Assembly (NCBI GenBank): GCA_031426555.1
Contig: JANPLN010000069.1
Coordinates: 1 to 51,729, forward strand
Direction of reading: 5' to 3'
Length of the DNA: 51,729 nucleotides
Source: Bdellovibrionales bacterium
GTDB lineage: Bacteria > Bdellovibrionota > Bdellovibrionia > Bdellovibrionales > JAGQZY01
Part shown: positions 27,270 to 36,554 of the stretch, piece after piece
How positions within the stretch are numbered: the first letter of the stretch is position 1
Layout: each line of letters starts with the position of its first letter
The notes under the pieces: model-generated
What the model was told of the DNA's origin: nothing
The model's database searches: none
Seen by the model: only the letters and a program-made list of their open reading frames with translations
Translations under genes and position numbers: made by a program

Positions 27270-27729
27270 TGAGTCGCTCCCGTATATTTTCAATATCAAC
27301 TAAATCCTGCGGGCGGCCGCTGGTTATTTTCATACGAAGGAGCTCCTCCAAAGTAGCCACAGGTATTTTTCGTGTTCCCACTGAAATCATCTTCACCTTC
27401 AAAGCTTTTAGCTCTTCAGTGATAATGATATCAACCTGGCGACTGGGATCTTCATAATCAACAAAAGACCATGCGATGAGGTTTCGCTTTTCAATAAATT
27501 CCTCGCGCATACTGATAACATCGTGTGCGCGAACGGGGATTCGAGAAACCAGACCGATCTCTTTCAAAGCCAGTTCGGCATTTCGAAAATCGTTGAGTTT
27601 TAGACTGAGGACAATGTCAATATCAACCGTGCTGCGGACCAGTCCTTGCAGAGCCAGGGCGTAGCCCCCAACAATGGCAAAGTTGATTTTTTTCAATTGT
27701 AGGGAGTCTACGAGTTCGTAAAGGAGCAT
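27253..27729 (-). CDS. Minimal nucleotidyltransferase (AbiEii/DUF6036-like)
   Basis: IVGGYAL..G..RSTVDIDI, VDI, L.RMK..SGRPQDLVDI. Confidence 0.8.
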   Translation of the reverse strand: MLLYELVDSLQLKKINFAIVGGYALALQGLVRSTVDIDIVLSLKLNDFRNAELALKEIGLVSRIPVRAHDVISMREEFIEKRNLIAWSFVDYEDPSRQVDIIITEELKALKVKMISVGTRKIPVATLEELLRMKITSGRPQDLVDIENIRERLSGKKK

Positions 27730-27733
27730 GTGA

Positions 27734-27761
27734 CTATTGTATATACATGTATATACAATAG
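27734..27761. promoter_or_regulatory. Perfect 28-bp palindrome, likely autoregulatory operator
   Basis: ctattgtatatacatgtatatacaatag is its own reverse complement and lies 4 nt upstream of the NTase start. Confidence 0.75.
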
Positions 27762-27768
27762 CAAGTTT

Positions 27769-28554
27769 TTAAAAATGCCGGGCTTTCATCTTGCGCAGGA
27801 GCTTGGCGTAGCGACTATTGGTCACTTTTTCCGATCGAAACGTCATATACTGGCCAAGGTCCTCGGCGGCGCGGACGAGATCGCCGATGGCATAGGCGGC
27901 GCGCGCTCGATCTACTAAATGTTGCAAGGCAAACGGTTGATGATGGATGAGGTGGGATTGTAATTTGTAAAATTGCACAAGGCTGCGCTCGCGCAAGGAT
28001 TGGGTTTTTAACAAGGACAGATAATTGGTTAAGAGTGTTTTTGCATTGACCGACTGAGTAAAATCGCAACCCGCGTTCACCATGTCGACAATTTCTGCCT
28101 TAGAATATTCGCGAAACGTGGAGTTGAATTCAAAAAGATGCGACTTTCCGGAATCGAGCAATTTGACAACCCACAGTGTTGGTCCCTGCAAAACATCGAG
28201 TTGAAGGTTGAGATTTTTAGCGAGGCTGAGGAAGAGCAGTAAAAGCACTTCCGGGGGACCGCTTCGGCTCAGAAGGGTATAGGGAAGCAAACACTTATCC
28301 AATGTCGGCTTTGAAGCTAACGAACTAAATCCACGTTTGTTAAAGAAAAAATCATGCAGGCAAAAAAGTCGTTCTCTCGGCGACTCAGGAAGGTCTAAGT
28401 TGGAAGCCTGCTCAAGCAGGGCGCGATACTTTTTTACGGTGAGCTCTGGCGACCACGAGGATTTCATATCGGCGGCAATGCGACTCAGCTCGGTCACGAA
28501 ATAGTCGTGCTCCGAATGAACCAATACCAAATGATGTGAAAATGTTGCTGCCAC
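27769..28554 (-). CDS. SirB1/transglutaminase-like family protein with C-terminal TPR-like region
   Basis: FFFNKRGF, L..TL.SRSG.P..L..L pattern, DRARA...GD...A.EDL..Y; GTG 28554 after a G-rich RBS. Confidence 0.65.
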   Translation of the reverse strand: MAATFSHHLVLVHSEHDYFVTELSRIAADMKSSWSPELTVKKYRALLEQASNLDLPESPRERLFCLHDFFFNKRGFSSLASKPTLDKCLLPYTLLSRSGPPEVLLLLFLSLAKNLNLQLDVLQGPTLWVVKLLDSGKSHLFEFNSTFREYSKAEIVDMVNAGCDFTQSVNAKTLLTNYLSLLKTQSLRERSLVQFYKLQSHLIHHQPFALQHLVDRARAAYAIGDLVRAAEDLGQYMTFRSEKVTNSRYAKLLRKMKARHF

Positions 28555-28675
28555 TGCCCCCCCTACAAAGACGTGATCTCCCAGGTTCGATGTACTCAGA
28601 GAGGTCCAGGGATTGCAAGAAAGATATTTTACACGTTGCGCCCGAGATCCCAGCCGTGGCAATTTAGAAGAATGG

Positions 28676-29575
28676 ATGACACTCATGGATGAAACGTCGA
28701 CTCTCAAAGGCAAAATCAAAGCTCTGGAAAAAGAGCTGGAACTTAAAGACAAAGATTTAGTCACCTATCAAAAAGAGCTCACCCGCGCCAACGAACAACT
28801 CGAGCACTTAGTCATCCACATACATTCGCAGCTTAAAAAAGCCTTAGAAATCCAACGTCAGGTTGTGCCCACCGAATTTCCGCACATCCCCGGTTTTGAA
28901 TTTAGCACAAAATTCATCGCAAGCTCCCTCACCGGTGGAGACTACTTCGATATATTTGAACATCGGGATAAAATGCAGTTTGGTATGCTGTTAAGCTCGT
29001 CCTCGGGCTACAACCTTTCGGCTTTGTTTTTATCGGTTTTTATGAAGTTTACATTTCAAGCCCGCTCCGATGAGCAAAGCTATGCACCTAGCCACCTTTT
29101 ACAGGCTCTGCAAAAAGAATTTTTGCCCAATATCGACGACAAGGATCGCTTTAATTGCTTTTATGGAGCCATGAATCGCCGCCACTTGCGTTTGGATTAC
29201 GTGAATATGGGCGACGTTGTAGCTGTGCACTATTCCCATGCAACCAAAAATTTAAAAAGACTTCAATATGAACAGGAGCCGGTTCGCAAGGGTAAGGATC
29301 TTAAACAGTACAAAATCGAAAGTCTCAACTTTGAACCCAAGGACAAACTGATCCTCTGCTCTCCTGGACTTTTTAAGGCGGCCAGCCCCCAGGGTGAGTA
29401 TTTTGGGGAAGAGCGCTTTTATTCAATTGTAAAGAAATCTGCAGAATCCGACGTCCATAACCTGCGCAACGAAGTCTTTTTCCAAACCCAACAGTTTATG
29501 AAGTCAAAGAATCTGCCCCAGGATCTCACTGTTATTGTGGTTGAAGTTAAAGAGAGAGTGCTAAAACTCGCCTAA
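28676..29575 (+). CDS. Coiled-coil plus SpoIIE/PP2C-like domain, apparently degenerate
   Basis: ALEIQ, GGDYFD, GEYFGEER, DLTVIVVE; start uncertain (28613-28685). Confidence 0.8.
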   Translation: MTLMDETSTLKGKIKALEKELELKDKDLVTYQKELTRANEQLEHLVIHIHSQLKKALEIQRQVVPTEFPHIPGFEFSTKFIASSLTGGDYFDIFEHRDKMQFGMLLSSSSGYNLSALFLSVFMKFTFQARSDEQSYAPSHLLQALQKEFLPNIDDKDRFNCFYGAMNRRHLRLDYVNMGDVVAVHYSHATKNLKRLQYEQEPVRKGKDLKQYKIESLNFEPKDKLILCSPGLFKAASPQGEYFGEERFYSIVKKSAESDVHNLRNEVFFQTQQFMKSKNLPQDLTVIVVEVKERVLKLA

Positions 29576-29696
29576 GGACGGAGGTCCCATTGTGCGGCTT
29601 GGCGCGGTGTTGGGAATCCCTGGTCTTTGTTTTTAAACTCTCCACAGACCTTAAAATTTGTGTCATAACAAGAGTATCTACGAAAGGATCCTCATC

Positions 29697-30836
29697 ATGT
29701 CTGAACCTGTGAAAATTTACGACGGAGCTATTGATCGCGGACTCGAGGGCGTAGTTGCCTGCACGACGGGAATTTCGTCGATCATTGATGTGACTCTTTG
29801 TTACCGCGGATACACCATCGAAGACCTCGCGGCCCATTCAAATTTTGAAGAGGTGAGCTGGTTGTTGTGGAATGGAAAACTTCCCAACTCCTCCGAGCTT
29901 GAAACATTTAAGGCAGAACTTAAAAAAGAAATGAATTTGGACGGAAAATTAATCGATCAGCTAAAAAAGCTGCCCACCAACGTTCATCCCATGTCATGGT
30001 TGCGAACCGCCACCTCTATGTTGGCGATGTGGGACCCCGAAGCTCAGGATATGTCGGATGCGGCAAACCGTCGCAAGGCTTTACGCCTTACAGCTAAAAT
30101 GGGAATGCTGGTTGCACTTTTTCAACGGGTTCGTGATGGCAAAGATTTTGTTCAACCCAATCCTGATAAAAGCATCGGCTGGAATTTTTTGTACATGCTC
30201 AAGGGTCAAGAGCCAGATTCTGAGTTTGCAAAAATTTTTGATACCTGTTTAGTTCTGCACGCGGATCACGAACTCAATTGCTCGGCATTCGCTTCCCGCG
30301 TGACAGCGTCATCATTGAGCGACATGTATTCCGCCGTTGTCAGTGCCATTTGTGCTCTTAAAGGGCCACTTCATGGTGGTGCCAACGAGCAAGTGATGTT
30401 GATGCTCAAAGAGATCGGTGGAATGTCGAAAGTGAACGCGTGGCTTGATAACGCTCTTAAGAACAAAGCTAAAATCATGGGCTTTGGCCATAGAGTTTAT
30501 AAAAACGGGGACCCTCGCGCAAAAATTCTAAGTCAGATGAGTGAGTTTCTGACTAAAAAAGTTGGTCAACCTGAGTACTATCAGATGTCGAAGATCTTAG
30601 ACGATACCATGCAGTCCCAAAAAGGCCTTTTGCCCAATGTGGATTTTTATTCAGCCACTGTTTACAACGCGATGGCTATACCCATTGATATTTTTACGCC
30701 GATCTTTGCCGTATCGCGAGTTTCCGGTTGGTGCGCTCATATTCTTGAGCAATATTCTAATAATAGAATCTATCGACCCCGCGGGCAGTGGACTGGACCC
30801 ACAGATTTAAAATACACGCCCATCGAAAAAAGGTAG
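29697..30836 (+). CDS. Citrate (or 2-methylcitrate) synthase
   Basis: GLEGVVA, LHADHELN, GPLHGGANE, GFGHRVYK..DPR, PNVDFYS. Confidence 0.95.
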   Translation: MSEPVKIYDGAIDRGLEGVVACTTGISSIIDVTLCYRGYTIEDLAAHSNFEEVSWLLWNGKLPNSSELETFKAELKKEMNLDGKLIDQLKKLPTNVHPMSWLRTATSMLAMWDPEAQDMSDAANRRKALRLTAKMGMLVALFQRVRDGKDFVQPNPDKSIGWNFLYMLKGQEPDSEFAKIFDTCLVLHADHELNCSAFASRVTASSLSDMYSAVVSAICALKGPLHGGANEQVMLMLKEIGGMSKVNAWLDNALKNKAKIMGFGHRVYKNGDPRAKILSQMSEFLTKKVGQPEYYQMSKILDDTMQSQKGLLPNVDFYSATVYNAMAIPIDIFTPIFAVSRVSGWCAHILEQYSNNRIYRPRGQWTGPTDLKYTPIEKR

Positions 30837-30978
30837 TTTTGTCGTTCTTTTAGTCAGCTCTTATTCCTTTATGAATTGGATGTTTTAAGGATTCTCGTGT
30901 CTCTTTCTGAGACACGAGTGTAAATTAGCCTCTCTCAAGTGCAAAAAAATTCCGATATGCATGCAAAGAGGTGACGAC

Positions 30979-31668
30979 ATGAGTTTAATTACAATCGTTT
31001 CGATGAATCAAGCCGAGAGTAAAAAAATTCAGGATCTATTAACTGAAGTGCGCACAGATAAATATCGCGTTCAATTTGAGTTTTTACGCCCGCTCCAGAT
31101 CTCTGCACTCAAGTTAGATAAAAACATGGATCTTCTGATTTACAACAATCCCAATAACTTAACCATGACGCTTCAACAGCAAATCACGGGCTGGCGAAGA
31201 CACGGGTTTCACTCGTCCATTTTATTACTCACTAAAGTTGCAGACCCCGCGGCCATGGGCAGTGTGGAAAACATTAGTAACTGTGTGCTTTTGGAAAAGC
31301 CTTTCGATGAAAAAGATCTAAAAGGCATTGCCGAAAAGTTTTTGAACACGGTGCAAGTGCAACAGCGCAAATACCGCCGCTATTCAACGCAGCAAATGGT
31401 CAATTTGAGTTCCTATGTGACCGACTTTAAAACTCCTACCAAAGTGAATAACATGTCTCTTGGTGGACTGCGAGTTGAGGGTCCGGTAACGGATCTGCGC
31501 ATCGGCGAAGTTTTAAAAATTAACTTTAGCCTAGATAAGTTAAATGTGGAGCGGGTGATGAACGGCCGCGTGGTATGGGTGGACAATGAAAGCCCTCGCC
31601 CCAGCGCAGGCATTCAGTTTATGAAAGAAACCGAAGTCTACACTCATCTGCTGCGCGAAATTGGCTAA
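30979..31668 (+). CDS. Degenerate receiver domain plus PilZ domain protein
   Basis: LEKPF at the end of the receiver; RKYRR and NMSLGG c-di-GMP motifs; GAGGTG RBS before ATG 30979. Confidence 0.8.
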   Translation: MSLITIVSMNQAESKKIQDLLTEVRTDKYRVQFEFLRPLQISALKLDKNMDLLIYNNPNNLTMTLQQQITGWRRHGFHSSILLLTKVADPAAMGSVENISNCVLLEKPFDEKDLKGIAEKFLNTVQVQQRKYRRYSTQQMVNLSSYVTDFKTPTKVNNMSLGGLRVEGPVTDLRIGEVLKINFSLDKLNVERVMNGRVVWVDNESPRPSAGIQFMKETEVYTHLLREIG

Positions 31669-31683
31669 GTAGGAAATACATCA

Positions 31684-32391
31684 ATGAAATTTTCATCGCA
31701 AGGATCCACTCTTTGGATTCTTATGCAGGACGACCATCATACGGCCAACGCTCTCACGTTGGCCGACTCCCGAGAGCTCAAAAAGCAAATTAAGAAACCG
31801 TGGACTCTCATCGTTTGCAAAGGCGAAGAGAGGGTATTTTGCTCTGGCGGGCAGCTGAAAGATTACGCTCGACTAAAAACCAAGGAATCTGGTCTAAAGA
31901 TCAATAACGAAATAAAAAAAAATCTCTCCACTTTACAAAAACACTCCGCACTCAAAATCGCGCTGGTTGGCGGCGATTGTTTTGGTGGTGGCATCGAGTT
32001 TTTAGGCAGTTTTGATTTGGTTTACTCGGTCCCCCAGGCGCTGTTTGGCTTTTGGCAAAACAAAATGGGAGTGAGTTATGGGTGGGGCGGGTATGACCTG
32101 TTGCAACGACAGCTCAGTCCTTCGTTTTTAAAAACCGCACTCCTCGAAGAAAAAATATTCACCGCATTTGAACTAAAAAGAGCCGGCTTGATCTATGAAA
32201 TCGTAAAACACCACGATTTCAACCAAATTGCAGAGAGGTGGGAAAAAACCTTCGCAGCAAAAAAATCCAAGTTGGAAATTCAAAAGCATCTTGGCAAGAA
32301 AGCAAACGAAGTTTTTAAAAAACTCTGGTGGGCTCCCGAGCACCGTCAAATCCTCGAAAAAATCTTAAAAAAAAAGACCCAGGAAACCTGA
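31684..32391 (+). CDS. Enoyl-CoA hydratase/isomerase family protein
   Basis: ANAL, FCSGGQL, GDCFGGGIE. Confidence 0.85.
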   Translation: MKFSSQGSTLWILMQDDHHTANALTLADSRELKKQIKKPWTLIVCKGEERVFCSGGQLKDYARLKTKESGLKINNEIKKNLSTLQKHSALKIALVGGDCFGGGIEFLGSFDLVYSVPQALFGFWQNKMGVSYGWGGYDLLQRQLSPSFLKTALLEEKIFTAFELKRAGLIYEIVKHHDFNQIAERWEKTFAAKKSKLEIQKHLGKKANEVFKKLWWAPEHRQILEKILKKKTQET

Positions 32392-32401
32392 GTCTTTTTT
32401 T
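32370..32401. terminator. Bidirectional terminator
   Basis: aaaaaagacccagg-aaa-cctgagtctttttt between convergent ORFs. Confidence 0.75.
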
Positions 32402-32406
32402 ATTAC

Positions 32407-32595
32407 TTATTTAATTGATGCTTTTACAAGATTTTCTTCTGAAGCACCTTTATTTACGATAACGGTCAAAACCTTCGCTTTAAATACGCCATCTGCGTCG
32501 GATTGGCGTACATTCAAAGTCAAAGTTAGGATGTTGGTCGCTTTGTTATAGCTGGCTTTCGTTCCTGTAACGTTGGCGCTAGAAAGGCCACTCAT
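32407..32595 (-). pseudogene. 3' fragment of an unknown gene
   Basis: Protein-like tail (KASYNKATNILTLTLNV...KASIK) ending at a terminator; its 5' part runs into the antisense of the TPR gene. Confidence 0.4.
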
Positions 32596-33601
32596 CAGGC
32601 AGTACAACTTGGCGCAGGCTCTCACAGTTCTCAATACATTGATGGTGCTGCAGCCAAACCATCCGTCCACTGTGGGAATGATTTCGTACACGCTCTTTAA
32701 ACTGAAGCGCTTTACTGAGGCCTTGCCTCTGCTGGATTTGCGCCTTTCGCTGTCCGACCACGTGCCCTCCCTGAGTCGGAAGGCGCAGGCGCTTTTTCAC
32801 CTGCGAAGTTACGCCGAGGCTCTTCCCCTTGCGGTCGAAGTACTAAAGATCGAGCCCCAGAACCCCGCTGTGCTGGCTGTGCAGCTGACCTCTCTCTATA
32901 AATTGCGTCGCTTCACCGAAGCCATCGCGGCGGCCGATCACATGATAAAAGCCAATCCAACGCGCTCTTTAGCCTTAAGTTTAAAGGCCCAATCGCTGAT
33001 GCGGCTGGAGCGTTTTGCAGAGGCCTTACAAGTGATTGAATTTCGCCTGCAGTTTGAACCTAACAACCCTCACGTCTTAGCTATGCAAGTTCACGCGTTA
33101 TTAAAACTCGAACGGTTCAACGAGGCAGCGACCATCGTGGGTCGTATCGAAGATGGTTTTTTTAAATTCTATTACTCGGCCCAAGTGTTTATTGCTAAAA
33201 AACAATATACGAAAGCCATCGAATTGCTAAAAACTTTAGATTCGGGTCTTAATGTGAAATGGCTTTTAGCGCAGGCGTATTTCCTTGCCGGAGATATGAA
33301 GAGTTCGCGGCAAAGTTTACTCTTTATTGTGCAAAACTCTAAGACGCTTCAACCAAGGGTTGTCGCAGCTTTGATAAAAATCCATCTGTTGGGCGAACAG
33401 ACGGCCATGGATCCTTTCCTTTTCGGTCTGACCCAACAGCTCTCAAAAAAGGAACTCGACAAAATTTTAGCTTATAAAGAATCGCTCTTTTGGGATTACG
33501 AACCAGTTTCACAGGGTCCCGAAGTCTCCATTTCGAATTCTTTTTGGGATGGCCTCAATGCGAAACCCGTGAATGGCCAAACCTTCAACTCAACCTACTA
33601 A
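32573..33601 (+). CDS. Tetratricopeptide repeat protein, probably 5'-truncated
   Basis: Repeated 34-aa units (L.KL.RF.EA....P.N); TTG start without RBS; in-frame stop at 32549. Confidence 0.75.
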   Translation: MALERPLIRQYNLAQALTVLNTLMVLQPNHPSTVGMISYTLFKLKRFTEALPLLDLRLSLSDHVPSLSRKAQALFHLRSYAEALPLAVEVLKIEPQNPAVLAVQLTSLYKLRRFTEAIAAADHMIKANPTRSLALSLKAQSLMRLERFAEALQVIEFRLQFEPNNPHVLAMQVHALLKLERFNEAATIVGRIEDGFFKFYYSAQVFIAKKQYTKAIELLKTLDSGLNVKWLLAQAYFLAGDMKSSRQSLLFIVQNSKTLQPRVVAALIKIHLLGEQTAMDPFLFGLTQQLSKKELDKILAYKESLFWDYEPVSQGPEVSISNSFWDGLNAKPVNGQTFNSTY

Positions 33602-33607
33602 ATGTAG

Positions 33608-34074
33608 CTAAGCAGGGGGCTTTCTAATCGGACCTCTGATTGCGTAAGGCACTCTCCCTGCAACTTCACAGTCGTTCAGCAAAATGTAGTCCATTACACT
33701 CAAGAAATCTCTTCCCCAGGTGACCACCCGTGAATAGGGCGACAATATCCAAAGCCCTTTTCCCAACTTTTGAGAAATAACTCCGGTTAGAGATCGAATA
33801 AATCCTCTGTACAGCTGTCGGTTGGTGATCTTATACAAAAATGAAAATGATCTTTCTGCACACTCTCCTTGTACACTTTAACCCCAAACTTTTTCGCATA
33901 AAGAAAAAAGAGTTTTCTGAGCAAACTTCGATGAGAATAAAGATTTGCGCTTTTTTTAGATTTCAAAACAAAATGCAGAGGTTTACGACTGTCCAATATA
34001 CGAGCGGCTTTGCGTTTTCCTTTTACAGATAGAGAACCACCAAACTCTTTCTCCGTTGGTTTAAAGAAACTCAT
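33608..34074 (-). mobile_element. Y1 HUH (REP-associated, RAYT/IS200-like) transposase, frameshifted
   Basis: GGSL..GKRK..R.L...PLHFVLKS and DHFH (HUH) in one frame; FIRSLTG, PYSRVVTWGRDF..V..YI..N (catalytic Tyr region) in another; frameshift near 33830. Confidence 0.75.
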
Positions 34075-34714
34075 TTGTCTGGCTATTATTTTCTCCTCTG
34101 TTTTCTCTTTTTAAGAAAACAATATACATCCATTTTTTAAAACCTATTTTTGGAGAAAATAAAAAATTAAACACCGACCAGATACAACGCTTTATCGTGT
34201 TTTAAATCGCGGCAACAGCTTTGCCCCGAAGAGTAAATCTAACCAATGAACCGCTTGGTGAGTTTTAGACAAAAATTCTAATGAAGAAGATTTAAGGATA
34301 CAAAACAAGCGTCAAGCACTGATGACAGTTGTCAAAAAAATAATAGAAACCTATTTTCAAAAAAGAAATTTTTTACCGCCTCTTCGGAGTCCAATGTACG
34401 GCTAACGCTGGGGCAATCTCGGTTGATTAAGAGGATTGCTCGACTGGCTCTGGTGCAAATCTCGGCTGATCAGGAAGATCAGACGAAACGGGTTTAAAAG
34501 GGCAGCGGCCCTTTTCGTTCAGGATGAACCTATCCACAAACTGGCTACTTTATTTAGAAAGATCTTTAAATGAAGCCAAAACGGCCTGTTTTTAAAAAAA
34601 TTTCCAAATTGATCTTGGTTAAAAAGAAATTTTTAACCTGAGACTACAAATGTGTACCTGCCCTTTGACGTGACCCGCTAAGACATCATTCAACAAGTTC
34701 TGAGCGGGGGATTT

Positions 34715-35227
34715 ATGAAAAAGCCTAAGTTGTTAGTGATCGCCATGTTTTTTATGGTTTTATTCACCAGTCATTTTTGTTTTGCGCTGACGGTTTGCCT
34801 CTACGCCCGGTCCACAAACGACCCCGCAAGTGGTCACGCTTTTATTAATGTTCAAGACAAAGGCCGCACAGTGGAGAGCTATGGCTTGTGGCCTAACGAC
34901 AAACTGACTTCGGCGTTCCCAAACCCAATCGCGATAAACCGAACTGGCGACTTTCCCATGGCAGTCTTAAGAAAGATGAACGTGATCATCCCAGCGAAAA
35001 TGGAAAAAATGCTGGAGGGAAAAGTCTGTGCAGACCTAGCGGTGTCGCGTGAGGTGTTGCGAGAAAAAGCACTCAGTTACACAACGAAAGAGGAATACGG
35101 ACCTTACAGATCGCTACAAAATAACTGCACCCATTTTGCTGTGCGAATGTTTAATTTTGCGACTGATTCTGAATTTCCGGTGGTCGTTACCCCTAAAAAA
35201 GTAAATGCCATCATCCGAAATCTTTAA
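34715..35227 (+). CDS. Secreted permuted papain-like (His...NC) peptidase
   Basis: Signal peptide; GHAF, YGLWP, Y...NNCTHFA. Confidence 0.6.
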   Translation: MKKPKLLVIAMFFMVLFTSHFCFALTVCLYARSTNDPASGHAFINVQDKGRTVESYGLWPNDKLTSAFPNPIAINRTGDFPMAVLRKMNVIIPAKMEKMLEGKVCADLAVSREVLREKALSYTTKEEYGPYRSLQNNCTHFAVRMFNFATDSEFPVVVTPKKVNAIIRNL

Positions 35228-35823
35228 GCAATCTCAACAAATTCGCGGATCATTTTAGCGATACCCGTGAACACCTCATGGGGCTGGGCTTCATGCATGT
35301 AAGCGGGGGTGGTGAGAATGCGATGCTCGCGATCCGAAATATACTCGGTCACAGAGCAGACTTCGTGAAGCGCTCCCGTTTTTGCAATCTCTGCGGCGGT
35401 TTGTGGGTCGTCGCCGATGGTGACGGCAATGCCTTTTTTTCCGAGCACGCGGGCAACAATGGCTGGAGCAATGCAAATGGCGGCGATGGGTTTTTGATCT
35501 GAGTAAAAAGCTTTGAGAACACGTTCCACATCTGGAATCACGGTGCATTTTGCCCCGTTTACAGCCCAATCCGAAAGATGTTTGGCAGCTCCAAAACCGC
35601 CGGGCATCAGCAGTCCGTCAAACTCAGAAGGGTTGAGCTGAGCTATGTCCTGAGTTGTCCCACGAGAAATTTGATTGGAAGCCTCGATTTGATGCGCAGG
35701 CGCAAAACAAACCACCTGAGCGCCGGCTTGGTTTAAGCAGATCAAAGCACTCACAGCTTCGGTGAGTTCAGAGCCATCTTGATATCCACTACCTGAAAGA
35801 ATCACGGCGATTTTTTTGTTCAT
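35224..35823 (-). CDS. elbB: DJ-1/PfpI family glyoxalase ElbB
   Basis: AVILSGSGYQDGSE, PGGFGAAK.LS, AICIAP, TTPAYM. Confidence 0.9.
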   Translation of the reverse strand: MNKKIAVILSGSGYQDGSELTEAVSALICLNQAGAQVVCFAPAHQIEASNQISRGTTQDIAQLNPSEFDGLLMPGGFGAAKHLSDWAVNGAKCTVIPDVERVLKAFYSDQKPIAAICIAPAIVARVLGKKGIAVTIGDDPQTAAEIAKTGALHEVCSVTEYISDREHRILTTPAYMHEAQPHEVFTGIAKMIREFVEIA

Positions 35824-35843
35824 AGAGACTGCTATAGCAGCTG

Positions 35844-36554
35844 TTAGAACTGATAATCAAATACGGATTTGCACTGACGCACGAGGGGACGCGCTGTATC
35901 CACGCTGACGATGGTGGAGTAACAGCTTTTGAGAATGGTTGCAAAATAAGGGACTTCGTCGCTGAGCCACGCTTCCACCTTTGTGGTTTGCGGGTCCACG
36001 GGATCTTCAAAAACCACATCGTAGGAAATTTTTTTTACATTCAAGATACAATCCTGCGGCTCAACGCAGGGCTCTTTTTCTAAAACTTTCGCAGGCTTTG
36101 GAAAGATTTCGTCGCGCACAACAAGGTTGTAAAACTTGATCAGGGGGTCGGGTGTACCCACGTCTTGATCTTCCTCCTCTGGGGGAGGCTCCGTAGAAAG
36201 ATAAAAAACATCTTTAAAGACAGCGTGCGGAGATCCCTCTTGCAAGTGATCGACGATCTTTTTTTGCATGGTAATTTCAATATAACCAGGACCTTCTTGG
36301 CGATCCAGAATTGTGATTCCCTCTTCGGAAATTAAGCTCACCGTGGGATTCTGCTGACCGGTGTAAATTTCCTGGGACTGTATAAAGTAAGTAAATTCAC
36401 CTTTTTGAATATTGAGCGGATTGGTCTTTGCTAGAATCTCTTGCTGCACCTTATTGATTTCTTGTGCCGTCGTAGGCACGCGGGGCGCCGACGGGCTGTC
36501 CGACGAGCAGCCCAGTTGCAGCCAAATAAAAGCTAACAAGAAAAGTCGAATCAA
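35844..36554 (-). CDS. Hypothetical lipoprotein
   Basis: Hydrophobic leader plus LGC lipobox; TTGA overlap with the upstream stop. Confidence 0.7.
   Translation of the reverse strand: MIRLFLLAFIWLQLGCSSDSPSAPRVPTTAQEINKVQQEILAKTNPLNIQKGEFTYFIQSQEIYTGQQNPTVSLISEEGITILDRQEGPGYIEITMQKKIVDHLQEGSPHAVFKDVFYLSTEPPPEEEDQDVGTPDPLIKFYNLVVRDEIFPKPAKVLEKEPCVEPQDCILNVKKISYDVVFEDPVDPQTTKVEAWLSDEVPYFATILKSCYSTIVSVDTARPLVRQCKSVFDYQF

Noticed and set aside
28555..28764. N-terminal extension of the SirB1-like ORF
   Set aside because: Overlaps the divergent PP2C-like gene; a better start with RBS exists at 28554
30935..30958. Sigma-28 promoter TCAAG...TCCGATAT before the PilZ gene
   Set aside because: Good -10 element but 12-nt spacing versus the canonical 15; left uncalled
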